A stretch of DNA of 52,917 nucleotides from the NCBI RefSeq assembly GCF_000372725.1, contig NW_005201318.1:355016-407932 (forward strand), read 5' to 3'. How positions within the stretch are numbered: the stretch's first letter is position 1; each line of letters begins with the position of its first letter. Both the position numbers and the translations under genes were made by a program. Source of the DNA: Emiliania huxleyi CCMP1516. Lineage: Eukaryota. The notes under the pieces are model-generated. The model did no database searches, was not told where the DNA came from, and saw only the letters and a list, made by a program, of their open reading frames with translations. Below, piece by piece: positions 15,101 through 27,054 of this stretch.

Positions 15101-18100
15101 AGGCGCTGCCTTCGCGCCCTCGGCACGGCGGCTCGACGCCCCTCCGCCGGGCCTCGGGCACGCGAACGCAGCCTCACGGCTGCAGCGGCGGCAGCCAAGC
15201 TGCTCGCCTCGACATGGCTCGGGCCGGCGCCAACGTGGCCGCCGCCATCGCCATCGTTCCGCCTTTCGCACCGTCTCACGATTCGCCCACCGACACGCTG
15301 CTCGCGCGTCGTCGTGTGTGGCGTCGAGCGGGCGCCCTCGCCGGCCGCCACGCTCCCCCCTAGCGCTGCCTCGCAGGCAGCGCCGCGCCTCGCGGGCACG
15401 TAGCCCCGCTCGGCGCTCTCGGCACGGCTTCCGCCGTCGCCTCGACTCGTACCGTCTGTTAGGCAGAGCCAGCCAACGCGCAGGCGCTGCCCTCGCGCCC
15501 TCGGCACGGCGGCTCGACAACGCCTCTGCGGGGCCTCGGGCACGCGAACCCAGCCTCGCGGCCGCGGCGGCGGCAGCCAAGCTGCTCGCCTCGACATGGC
15601 TCGGGCCAGCACCAGCGTGGCCGCCGCCATCGCCACCGTTCCGTATTTCGCACCGTCTCACGATTCGCCCACCGACACGCTGCTCGCGCGTCGTCGTGTG
15701 TGGCGTCGAGCGGGCGCCCTCGCCGGCCGCCACGCTCCCCCCTAGCGCTGCCTCGCAGGCAGCGCCGCGCCTCGCGGGCACGTAGCCCCGCTCGGCGCTC
15801 TCGGCACGGCTTCCGCCGTCGCCTCGACTCGTACCGTCTGTTAGGCAGAGCCAGCCAACGCGCAGGCGCTGCCCTCGCGCCCTCGGCACGGCGGCTCGAC
15901 GCCGCCCCTGCTGGGCCTCGGGCACGTGAACGCAGCCTCGCGGCTGCGGCGGCGGCAGCCAAGCTGCTCGCCTCGACATGGTTCGGGCCAGCACCAGCGT
16001 GGCCGCCGCCATCGCCATCGTTCCGTCTTTCGCACCGTCTCACGATTCGCCCACCGACACGCTGCTCGCGCGTCGTCGTGTGTTGCGTCGAGCGGGCGCC
16101 CTCGCCGGCCGCCACGCTCCCCCCTAGCGCTGCCTCGCAGGCAGCGCCGCGCCTCGCGGGCACGTATCCCCGTTCGGCGCCCTCAGCACGGCCTCCGCCG
16201 TCGCCTCGACTCGTACCGTCTGTTAGGCAGCGCCAGCCAACGCGCAGGCGCTGCCCTCGCGCCCTCGGCACGGCGGCTCGACGCCCCTCCGCCGGGCCTC
16301 GGGCACGCGAACGCAGCCTCACGGCTGCGGCGGCGGCAGCCAAGCTGCTCGCCTCGACATGGCTCGGGCCGGCGCCAACGTGGCCGCCGCCATCGCCATC
16401 GTCCCGTCTTTCTCCTACCGTCTCACGATTCGCTCGCCGACACGCTGCTCGCGCGTCGTCGTGTGTGGCGTCGAGCGGGCGCCCTCGCCGGCCGCCACGC
16501 TCCCCCCTAGCGCTGCCTCGCAAGCAGCGCCGAGCCTCGCGGGCGCGTAGCCCCGCTCGGCGCCCTCAGCACGGCCTCCGCCGTCGCCTCGACTCGTACC
16601 GTCCGTTAGGCAGAGCCAGCCAACGCGCAGGCGCTGCCCTCGCGCCCTCGGCACGGCGGCTCGACACCGCCTCTGCCGGGCCTCGGGCACGCGAACCCAG
16701 CCTCGCGGCCGCGGCGGCGGCAGCCAGGCTGCTCGCCTCGACATGGCTCGGGCCAGCACCAGCGTGGCCGCCGCCATCGCCACCGTTCCGTATTTCGCAC
16801 CGTCTCACGACTCGCCCACCGACACGCTGCTCGCGCGTCGTCGTGTGTTGCGTCGAGCGGGCGCCCTCGCCGGCCGCCACGCTCCCCCCTAGCGCTGCCT
16901 CGCAGGCAGCGCCGAGCCTCGCGGGCACGTAGCCCCGCTCGGCGCTCTCGGCGCGGCCTCCGCCGTCGCCTCGACTCGTACTGTCAGCTATGCAGAGCCA
17001 GCCAACGCGCAGGCGCTGCCCTCGCGCCCTCGGCACGGCGGCTCGACGCCCCTCCGCCGGGCCTCGGGCACGCGAACGCAGCCTCGCGGCTGCGGCGGCG
17101 GCAGCCAAGCTGCTCGCCTCGACATGGCTCGGGCCGGCGCCAACGTGGCCGCCGCCATCGCCACCGTTCCGCCTTTCGCACCGTCTCACGATTCGCCCAC
17201 CGACACGCTGCTCGCGCGTCGTCGTGTGTGGCGTCGAGCGGGCGCCCTCGCCGGCCGCCACGCTCCCTCCTAGCGCTGCCTCGCAGGCAGCGCCGAGCCT
17301 CGCGGGCACGTAGCCCCGCTCGGCGCTCTCGGCACGGCTTCCGCCGTCGCCTCGACTCGTACCGTCAGCTAGGCAGAGCCAGCCAACGCGCAGGCGCTGC
17401 CTTCGCGCCCTCGGCACGGCGGCTCGACGCCGCCCCTGCCGGGCCTCGGGCACGCGAACGCAGCCTTACGGCGGTGGCGGCGGCAGCCAAGCTGCTCGCC
17501 TCGACATGGCTCGGGCCGGCGCCATCGTGGCCGCCGCCATCGCCATCGTTCCGTCTTTCTCCTACCGTCTCACGATTCGCCCACCGACACGCTGCTCGCG
17601 CGTCGTCGTGTGTGGCGTCGAGCGGGCGCCCTCGCCAGCCGCCACGCTCCCCCCTAGCGCTGCCTCGCAGGCAGCGCCGCGCCTCGCGGGCACGTAGCCC
17701 CGCTCGGCGCTCTCGGCACGGCTTCCGCCGTCGCCTCGACTCGTACCGTCTGTTAGGCAGAGCCAGCCAACGCGCAGGCGCTGCCCTCGCGCCCTCGGCA
17801 CGGCGGCTCGACGCCGCCCCTGCTGGGCCTCGGGCACGTGAACGCAGCCTCGCGGCTGCGGCGGCGGCAGCCAAGCTGCTCGCCTCGACATGGCTCGGGC
17901 CGGCGCCAACGTGGCCGCCGCCATCGCCATCGTTCCGCCTTTCGCACCGTCTCACGATTCGCCCACCGACACGCTGCTCGCGCGTCGTCGTGTGTGGCGT
18001 CGAGCGGGCGCCCTCGCCGGCCGCCACGCTCCCCCCTAGCGCTGCCTCGCAGGCAGCGCCGCGCCTCGCGGGCACGTAGCCCCGCTCGGCGCTCTCGGCA

Positions 18101-18872
18101 CGGCTTCCGCCGTCGCCTCGACTCGTAGCGTCAATTAGGCAGCGCCAGCCAACGCGCAGGCGCTGCCTTCGCGCCCTCGGCACGGCGGCTCGACAACGCC
18201 CCTGCGGGGCCTCGGGCACGCGAACGCAGCCTCGCGGCCGCGGCGGCGGCAGCCAAGCTGCTCGCTTCGACATGGCTCGGGCCGGCGCCAACGTGGCCGC
18301 CGCCATCGCCATCTTTCCGCCTTTCTCCTACCGTCTCACGATTCGCCCACCGACACGCTGCTCGCGCGTCGTCGTGTGTGGCGTCGAGCGGGCGCCCTCG
18401 CCGGCCGCCACGCTCCCCCTAGCGCTGCATCGCAAGCAGCGCCGCGCCTCGCGGGCACGTAGCCCCGCTCGGCGCTCTCGGCACGGCTTCCGCCGTCGCC
18501 TCGACTCGTATCGTCAATTAGGCAGCGCCAGCCAACGCGCAGGCGCTGCCCTCGCGCCCTCGGCACGGCGGCTCGACAACGCCCCTGCGGGGCCTCGGGC
18601 ACGCGAACGCAGCCTCGCGGCCGCGGCGGCGGCAGCCAAGCTGCTCGCTTCGACATGGCTCGGGCCGGCGCCATCGTGGCCGCCGCCATCGCCATCGTTC
18701 CGTCTTTCACCTGCCGTCTCACGACTCGCCCACCGACACGCCGCTCGCGCGTCGTCGTGTGTGGCGTCGAGCGGGCGCCCTCGCCGGCCGCCACGCTCCC
18801 CCCTAGCGCTGCCTCGCAGGCAGCGCCGAGCCTCGCGGGCATGTAGCCCCGCTCGGCGCTCTCAGCACGGCT
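12135..18872. repeat. Tandem array of ~18 copies of a ~382-bp GC-rich unit
   Basis: The marker ctagcgctgc recurs every 380-384 bp, at about 12307, 12687, 13071 ... 18420, 18804. Confidence 0.98.
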
Positions 18873-20629
18873 TCCTGCTGTAGCTCCTCGCTCGCCTGCG
18901 ACGCCTGTGGAGTGCGCTCGTATCGGTAGAGGAGCGGCAGTGCGAGACCCGCCGCTCCTCTACCTCACGACATGAGAAAGAAGCACGAACCTTCACCTTG
19001 TGAGACCGGCAGTGGAGAGCCCCTCCCGCCTTCCCGATCTACGGGCCGCCAGTGGCGATAACGGCCGCCGCTCGGCCTCGACGGACAACCCGAGTGAAGG
19101 CGAAACGCCATATCGCCGCGACGCCGCCGACGGCCGAGGACGAGTCCGAATGGGACCGTCACTCACTCAATTTGGGGATCCTCCACGCGCTGCGCTACGC
19201 TTCGGAGTCGCTCACCCCGGGATCGCTCCTTCCCTCGCTCCGGATTGGGGAAACTCTGAGCTCCCTCCGCGTACGCTACGCTCCCTTCGGAGAGAGCCCC
19301 AGAGTCTTACCGCGCTCCGGATCCTCTTTAGCCCATCTCTGAGAGTTAGAGTGACTGGCTAGAGACGACGACGACGATACAGTTCATGATAAACAAACTT
19401 TAGTTTGTGCTAGTGAACTGAGGAGAAGCGGGTCGAGCCTCGGCGCAGAGGGCAGCGCCTAGCGGGCGGGAACCCTTATCCCGCGCCCGCCGCTGCCCGC
19501 CGCTTTGTGCGCGGGACCTCCGAGCGCCACGAGGCTCCGACACAGCTCCGGACTAGCGTCGGCTCCTGCTCAGACAGGCGCCAACCTATCAGTTCTCAAA
19601 GCGACCCACCACCATCCCTCATCTACCGCCCGATCGAATCGCATTCGTCTCTTGCGAGTCCTCTTGCTCCAAGAGGTTCCAGAGAACGGGGAAACTCTGA
19701 GCTCCCTCCGCGTACGCTACGCTCCCTTCGGAGAGAGCCCCAGAGTCTTACCGCGCTCCGGATCCTCTTTAGCCAACCTCTGAGAGTTTGAGTGACTGGC
19801 TAGAGACGACGACGACGATACAGTTCAGTTAGTGAGCACTGAGACTGAGAGACCATGTCCACCCGTCCCGTCGGGCGGGGCCCCACCCCGACCGGCCAGC
19901 ACGTACGTAGGCGGCACTGCGCCAGTACAAAACGAAGGACCTATGCCATTGTATGATTTACCAAATCTACCTTCGTGGTCTGTTTTCTGGGTTCCCAGGT
20001 ACGATAGAAACTCAGCTAGCTCGATGGATGCGGCTCGGGGGGCCGCCCTAATCGATAAACACGAAAATTCTCCAAAATTACCATATTAGGCAACCAGCAG
20101 AAAAAAATCGGAGGTTTGGAGGTTCACTACTCGGTTCATACCTCGAATCTGCGCAAAGCAAACATATCCACGCACTCGTACAAGGATTGTGCGCAACATG
20201 GACACATTTGCAATGTGATCTGAGAAACTCAAAAAATCTCGATTTTTTGGTATGCTCTAGGACATCCTCCTCTTCCTCGACGTCGTGTTTTTCGACCTGT
20301 TACTTCGATCCTGCAGCTGTGTCTGCTGTTGTGTGTGGCTCGCCTGTCCTGTCTCGTGCATGCCTGACAGGTCGAGCGCCGGTGTTGACGCGTTGCAGTC
20401 AATGCATGGCGCCCCTAGCGTTTTGCACGAGTGTCGGTCACAGCAGCGCCCCATCTTTCTGCGTGTGTAGGACGCACACGCCTCGGCACGCACTCCCGTT
20501 CCTGCGCTAGCGCCCAGCTCTCCGTGTTCCCCGGCCCGGGGCGTGGCCGCCCGGTGGCCGTGCTCATGATTGGTTCCTCCTCTGTCTGACCGCCCGGGGC
20601 CGGCTCCTGGTTTTTTTTTCCTGTCGCCT

Positions 20630-21350
20630 ACTTGCATCCGTTACCTACGCTCGTTCATCTATATTTGAGGGCCTCCCCCCCGAGCTTTCGCAGAGGATGG
20701 ACGAGGTTATTGACCTGCGCTTCCGTCCGTCGTCATGGCGAACGATTAATGCTGCCGTTACCCGTTGGAAAGCCTTCTGTGAAGCGCGGGGATGGCCTCC
20801 CGTCCTCGTCACTGATTTCCCGGAGCGCGGGGGCAGGCTTGCTGCTTGGATCTTGTCTTTGGTGGACGACACGTCCTTAGTCTATGGGACTATCTCAGAC
20901 TATGTGTGGGGGGTCCGGACGTGGCACGTTCACTTGCACGAGGCCGATCCGGCGTATGGAGTCATGCATTTTCAGGCGCTTATGCAGTCTGTCGCTGTTC
21001 TCACAGTCGTTGTAGGTGAGCCGCGGAAAATGGTGAAGCTCGAGACTTTGGAGGCAATTCTTGCAGACATTCGTGACAACCGGTGGGACTCGTTTCAGTG
21101 GGTACAGTTTGGGTTGGTGTCTCTCATCCAGCTCTTCTCCTTCTCCCGCTGCGAGTGTCCCTGTCCGGGTGCTTTCACCGGCCCCAGCTCCTTTGATGTC
21201 GTGAAGCATTGGCAGGTGAAGGACTTTTCGCTTGTTCGCCAGCTACTTTTCTGGGTACTGTATGCCCGCTATAAGTCCATAAAGCAGGACCCCCGGATGG
21301 AGCGTGCCTCGGCAGCCCATGCTGATCCCAATCTTCCGTTTGTAGATGGA
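20630..21350 (+). pseudogene. Truncated DIRS/Ngaro-type tyrosine recombinase (N-terminal SAM-like part and first half of catalytic domain)
   Basis: SWRTINAAVTRWKAFC, YGTISDYVWGVRTWH, FSFSRCEC (catalytic-Arg box), YKSIKQD (catalytic-Lys region); no HxxR or Tyr box follows. Confidence 0.75.
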
Positions 21351-21969
21351 GTTGCTCGTGTGGATTCATCCGTTTGTAGATGGAAACGGGGTCGGACCCC
21401 CCCCCTAGCATGTGGTGTGAGTAGAAGTGCGCCCCCCTCCCTGGAAGCGATGTCCGCCTGCTCCGGACGGACAGGGGCATTCAAAAGCGCGGATGCATGT
21501 GGGCGTCCTGGGCGGCTGGGCGGGCGTTCTCGGACTAGGGCATGTACACTCGCATTGTCCACCACTTTAAACCGCCGCACCTGGTTGGTTCTAGAGTTGT
21601 TAGGTTCTGTATGAGTGTCCAACCAAAACAAAAAGGACACACTTTGAGCACTTGAGCACTGGATAGGGTCGATTCCGCATGGTACGGGACCCCTCGATCG
21701 TCTCGCCCTCCCACACACTGATCATTGTGCGTGGTGCGTCCGCTCTGGCCTCTGCCTGGCGCCCCCTGGCCTCTCTCTCTACGACATGCATGTATAAAGT
21801 ATGGGATGTGTGCGGCACGTGCGGGGGGTATACGCGAGTCGCGAGGCGCGAGACGCCGGCAGCGGAACCAATCAAATCACACAGTTGTATTGCAATCTTA
21901 CCTTATATTTCCCCGTGTCCGGTTTTCCGCGTTTCAGCGGAGTCTGGCCGCCACCCAGCACGCATCTAC

Positions 21970-22764
21970 ATGGTGCCCCTCGGCAAGGAGCGCGCTCCGG
22001 CGCCGTCTACGACGTCGTCCGCCGCCGAGGACGCGGCGCCGGCGCAGCACTCGCGTAGGCGCGCCGGCGTCATCCGGCAGGCGCAGCCGGAGGCGCCTGG
22101 GCATCAGCTCGCCGCCTCGCACGCTGCTGCAGAGAAGCGCAAGGCCAACAAGATGACGCCGATGGAGCGCAGGGCGAAGCGCGCGGCCGACGAAAAGCGG
22201 CGCTGGCACGAGAAGCGCAAGGCGACGCGCGAGGCCGCCGCCAAGTTCAGCATGGCGAGCGAGGACACCGAGAAGGACCCCGCGATGGTGATTGCATCGC
22301 TGCTCGATGAGCTCGTGGCCGAGGTAGCCGAGGTGGCGGAAGTTCGCGACGAGGTGGATGAGGGTGAGCTTCAGGAGGAGCTGGAGAAGCTGCTCATTGC
22401 GCGTAGCGGCTCGCCGTTGCTCGAGGACACGGGCACACGCGAGGCCCTCGAGCTCGAGCTGCGCGCCGACGGCTACGGCGCGGCACGCGGCGACGACGGG
22501 CCGCAAGTCTACAGCCTGCCGTTCAACGAGCTGCAGCGGCGCGTGGCCGACAGCGAGGACGCGTGGCCGGGCGAGGCGCAGATAGCGTGGGATCAGCGCG
22601 CGATGCGCGAGCGGCTTGCACGCGGCGTGCCTCTCGGCGACTACCTCCAGGAGCTGCAGCAGCTGCTGAGCGACCCACCGCGCGATTTAATTGCCACCCA
22701 CGAGCTCGCGAACTATGGCAGCAAGCCCACTGATTGGCGGCCACAGGGTAGAAACATCGCGCCG

Positions 22765-22803
<39 letters not shown>

Positions 22804-23583
22804 GCTGCGTTGCCGCCGCCGCCACCCGCCAATGACCCGTGCCGCTGCACAACATGCGGCCACATCCTACCTATTTGGAAGTGCAATGCTGGATGTGAAT
22901 GCCTCTATTCTGACCGGGAGGCGCTGCAGCTGCACAAGGCCTATGATTGCTCGCCGGCGTGCACACCGCACTGGTCGCAATCACTGGTTAACGTGAAGTC
23001 CGGCTCCGTCGAGCCATGTGCGTATTGTGCCAAGTGCGCGGCCAGCCACTGCATCGGATTGGGCGCCTTCCCAGATCTGGAGACGCAGCAGCAGCAGCGC
23101 AGGCTCGAGCTCGAGGCGCAGCACAGGAGCGCAGGTACGCTGCCGCCGCCGCCGCCAACGACGAGTGGCAGCAACCGCCTCCTGCAGGCATTTGACGAGG
23201 GCGACATGCCGTACTATTACTACAAGGACACATCGCACACCCTCGCGTGCAAATACGAACTACTCGACACCAGTGTCGCCAATCCTGACTGGACGCGCGA
23301 TCCGCCAGCCGATGTGGCTGTCACCGAGGGCAAATGGCCACCGGAGCGCTCCGAGTACGACCTCGGTGAGCACGGGCAGAAAGCATATCATCGGCACCGC
23401 GTGCGGTGGTACAGGGAGCACACATGCAAGGAGCTCACCGGCAGCCTTGAGGAGCAGAATGGCCAGTGGGACAACTACAAGCGCAACTTCCGCGCACGCG
23501 GCGATAGTGCTCCGCTCGAGAGGCGGCATGGCGGCATGTTATTGAACCACTCTGGGATGATTCAGAGTGATATGTGGAGATAA
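21970..23583 (+). CDS. Hypothetical intronless protein with basic coiled coil, acidic region, poly-Pro tract and Cys/His clusters
   Basis: Long ORF with GC3-biased codons from MVPLGKER; motifs CRCTTCGH, CNAGCEC, CSPACTPH, CAYCAKCAASHC. Confidence 0.6.
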
Positions 23584-23597
23584 AAACTCCTTTATGC

Positions 23598-23684
23598 GCA
23601 CAAAGTACCCTGCACAAAGATCGCACGGGCGACCTGTTCCTTTTTACCCGTCTCACAGTAGAGGTGTCCGTTTTTATTTACTTA
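23598..23684 (+). mobile_element. Retroposon 3' end, family A
   Basis: Near-identical to 4425-4515. Confidence 0.75.
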
Positions 23685-24164
23685 TGTCCTCCAACCTGGC
23701 TGCACACGGAGCACTAGACGCAGGCGAAGGCGTTCCCTTCAGTCAGTTACAACAAATTCACTCCCTGAGGAGGGAACCGACGGGAAGCAGACCGGAAAAC
23801 AAACACGGCGCGCCAGATCTTAGATTTTCGCGGAAATTGCTTGGTAGGGTTTCTTAATGGGACGCTTTCTTAATGCCCGCAACAGACTGTAGTCAGAACG
23901 GACCCTAGTTGCCGTTCCTGCAAACTCAGGTAGGTAGGCAAACTCAGCTGCGGAACATCAAATCACAGGGTCCCGTACCATGCGGAATCGACCCTATCCA
24001 GTGCAAGTGCTATGTATGTATGTATGTAGTAAGGTGAAGAACAGTCAGGCTCGGACTGGACACCAACGCGGTATGGGTGGACGCAAGTGCTCAAGTGCTC
24101 AAAGTAAGAAAACACGCAGGCCGCCGCGACATCACGGCGCGGAACAACCTCCACGACGTTGCAT

Positions 24165-26744
24165 ATGAGCAAGCCGAGGCCCTCCTTCCGCAAGAAGGGC
24201 GTTTCGACGGCCATCGCCGACGAGGGCGCCGCAGCAGCGGCGCTGCGGCCCGCGCCCAAGGTGGCCCTCTCCTTTGACCCCGACGAGGAGGGCGCACCGA
24301 TAAAGATCAAGAAGAAGAAGAAGAGGGCGCACCCGCCACCCGCTGCGCCGCCGCCGGTGGGCGATGCTGCGCCCGCGCTCGCCCCGGCGGCTGGCACCTA
24401 CTCCTCCGGCTTCCTGCAGCAGCTACGCGACGCGCAGCGCACACGCACCGGCGACCCGGCCGAGCCGGCGGCGGCGGAGGAGGCGGCGGCCGGCGGGGGC
24501 GGGGGCGGCGCGAGCGTGGAGGAGATCCGCGCGGCGCGCGAGGCGCGGGAGCGGGCGCGCCGTGCCGGCGACGAGCGTGAGGGCGGGCAGAGCTTCCTCC
24601 CGCTCGATGACGCCGGCGAGGACGGGGGCGGCGCGTGGCGGGCGGCGCGGCTGCTAGAGGAGCTGCAGCCGGAGGAGGAGGAGGCGCGCAGCGGCGGCTC
24701 GGGCGGGCTGGTGCGCGAGGAGCAGTTCGACGAGGGCGGCGTCGACGAGATGGGCCGGCCCGGCGGCGGCCGCGTCACCTTTGGAGAGGCTCTGCGCCTA
24801 GAAGCGGAACAGGATTCGTGTGCTCCATCAAGCGCTCCTCCTCTTCATTCCGCCCCTCCTCTACATTCCGCCGTATTCCGCGGTATTCGAAGTATTCGTC
24901 GCCCTTGTGTTCACGCGCTGCTCTGAAGCCTCTGCACGAGGCCGTCTTCCCGCCCTGAGCTTGGCGCCTTCACCCCGTAGGCGGCGGGCCGGCGGAAGGG
25001 ACGTGCGGGTGCGGTGCCGAGCGCCGTGTGGTAATGAATCAGATGCGATCTTCTGACCCTTGATCTGTGCCTTCCGACCCTTTCACATGAACATGCACAT
25101 GCACATGTGGTCAACCGTCAACGCTACGACGCTATACTCAACCCACACACGACGCACCGAGAGAGGCGCACTCACAATTCACCGCACCTCTCGCACCTCC
25201 AGGCGCTCTTCCGTGTCGGGTTGTGACGAGGGGTGAGGGGACACGGATTGAAGATCCCTCACACCAAGATCGTGCAGGGCGGGGACACACGTCCCTAAAT
25301 CCCATCTCGTCTCAGAGTTTGACCGTTTGTATTTATTTATTTATTCCAGGCGGGGGACCGACGCGAGGCACGGCGTGACGGTGGTGGAGGCGGGCGACGA
25401 CGACGAGGAGGAGGAGGTGGGGGCAGGGCTGGTGGGAGGCCGCTCCCCCGCGTCTGCCGGCGGGGGCGCCCCACCGCTGAGCAGCGAGGCGCTCGCCGCC
25501 GTCGCGGCGCGGCTCGCGGCGACGAGCTTTGTCGCCGCCACCGACGAGCGGCTGGGCGGGCAGGCATCTCCACACCCCCGTTCGCCACCACCTCCCTCTC
25601 CACCACCCCCCTCCCCCCCTCCCCCTTACCCGCCTCCTCCCTCTCCACCACCTCCCTCTCCACCACCCCTTTCGCCGGCAGGCTGCGGCGCTGCGGGCGA
25701 CGCTCTCGCAGCAGCGCGAGGAGCGCGACACAGCGCAGGAGCGACTCGCGCAGTGCGCCGCCGACGCGGCGGCGCTCGAGGGCGCGCTGGCGCGAGAGGC
25801 GGCATCCTTTGAGCAGCTGCAGGCGGGCGGGCGCTCTGCCCACTCACGCAACACCACGGCCCCGGAACCGGAATCGCACGACAGCAGCACAGTGACAGTC
25901 AGACTCGTAGCACGGGGTCCCACGGACAGAAGAGCACGACCGCGGGCCAAAGGTCACACACACGGACCGTCGAGAACGGACGGGCAGCGACGACAGCCAG
26001 TCAGAGGGCAGCACCGGGTCCCAGGAAGGCGAACGCGAGAGGCGGGCGTGTGTGCGCCGCCTTTTCACAACGCACCCACGCCGCATGATGCGTCCGCGAC
26101 ACGACACCGTGACACGCCACGCCCCCACAGGCGGCGCGCTTGTTCACCGCCGACCTGCTCGACTGCCTCGACGCGAAGGCCCCCGCCACCGACGCCCTCG
26201 AGGCGCGGCTGTGCGAGGCGGTCGAGGCGGCGGCCGCCCGCCGCGCCGCCGCCCGGCTGGCGGTGAGTGCCGCGGCGGCGGAGCGAGCGGTGCGCGTGCT
26301 CGGCGGCAAGTGGGCACCGCCGCCGCGCCGCACGCGCGCCCCTCCGCTACCGCCGGTCGCGGGGCCAGAGGCGGAGGCGATGCTGGCGGCGGTCGAGGCG
26401 GCACGGGCGACGCGCCGCCGCGCCGCCGCGCCGGGCGGCGGCGACGCGCCGTCGGGTGGCGACGCGCCGTCGCCGGACGGGTGGTCGAGCGGCGAGGAGG
26501 AGGCGGAGCTGGAGGGAGCGGCGAGCGCGGCCGGCTCGGGGGGCGGCGGGTGGGCGGCGAGGCTGGCGGCGGAGCTGGGCGCGGTGGAGGCGGCGTCGCG
26601 CGACCTGCTCTCAGACGCCGACTCTGAGGTGCTCGATCCCGCAGCCACCCGCCGCCGGCTCGAAGCCCCCCTCCCCCCCTGGGAGGCACACCCACCCACC
26701 CACCCACCCACTCATTTCGGGGGAGAGAGGCCCACCACAACTCA

Positions 26745-26782
<38 letters not shown>

Positions 26783-26882
26783 NNNNNNNNNNNNNNNNNN
26801 NNNNNNNNNNNNNNNNNNNNNNNNNNNNNNNNNNNNNNNNNNNNNNNNNNNNNNNNNNNNNNNNNNNNNNNNNNNNNNNNNN

Positions 26883-26977
<95 letters not shown>

Positions 26978-27011
26978 CACACACACACACACACACACAC
27001 CACCACCACCA

Positions 27012-27054
<43 letters not shown>

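Larger units (their letters stand above)
10813..19827 (+). mobile_element. Non-autonomous split-direct-repeat (Ngaro/PAT-like DIRS-group) retroelement
   Basis: A1 10813-11031 matches A2 19387-19604; B1 19247-19386 matches B2 19688-19827; order A1...B1A2..B2, with B1 abutting A2. Confidence 0.85.
21641..24105. repeat. Pair of ~52-bp inverted repeats (21641-21692 and 23968-24105, the latter interrupted by an insertion)
   Basis: ctggatagggtcgattccgcatggtacgggaccc versus gggtcccgtaccatgcggaatcgaccctatccag. Confidence 0.9.

Noticed and set aside
12135..18872. CRISPR array, or repeat-protein gene from the many 300-500-aa ORFs
   Set aside because: No unique spacers and no cas genes; 1-2-nt indels between units switch frames, and long ORFs on both strands are expected at this GC content
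10813..19604. A1/A2 as LTRs of a classical LTR retrotransposon
   Set aside because: No TG...CA ends, TSD or PBS/PPT seen; the additional B1/B2 pair around A2 fits split direct repeats instead
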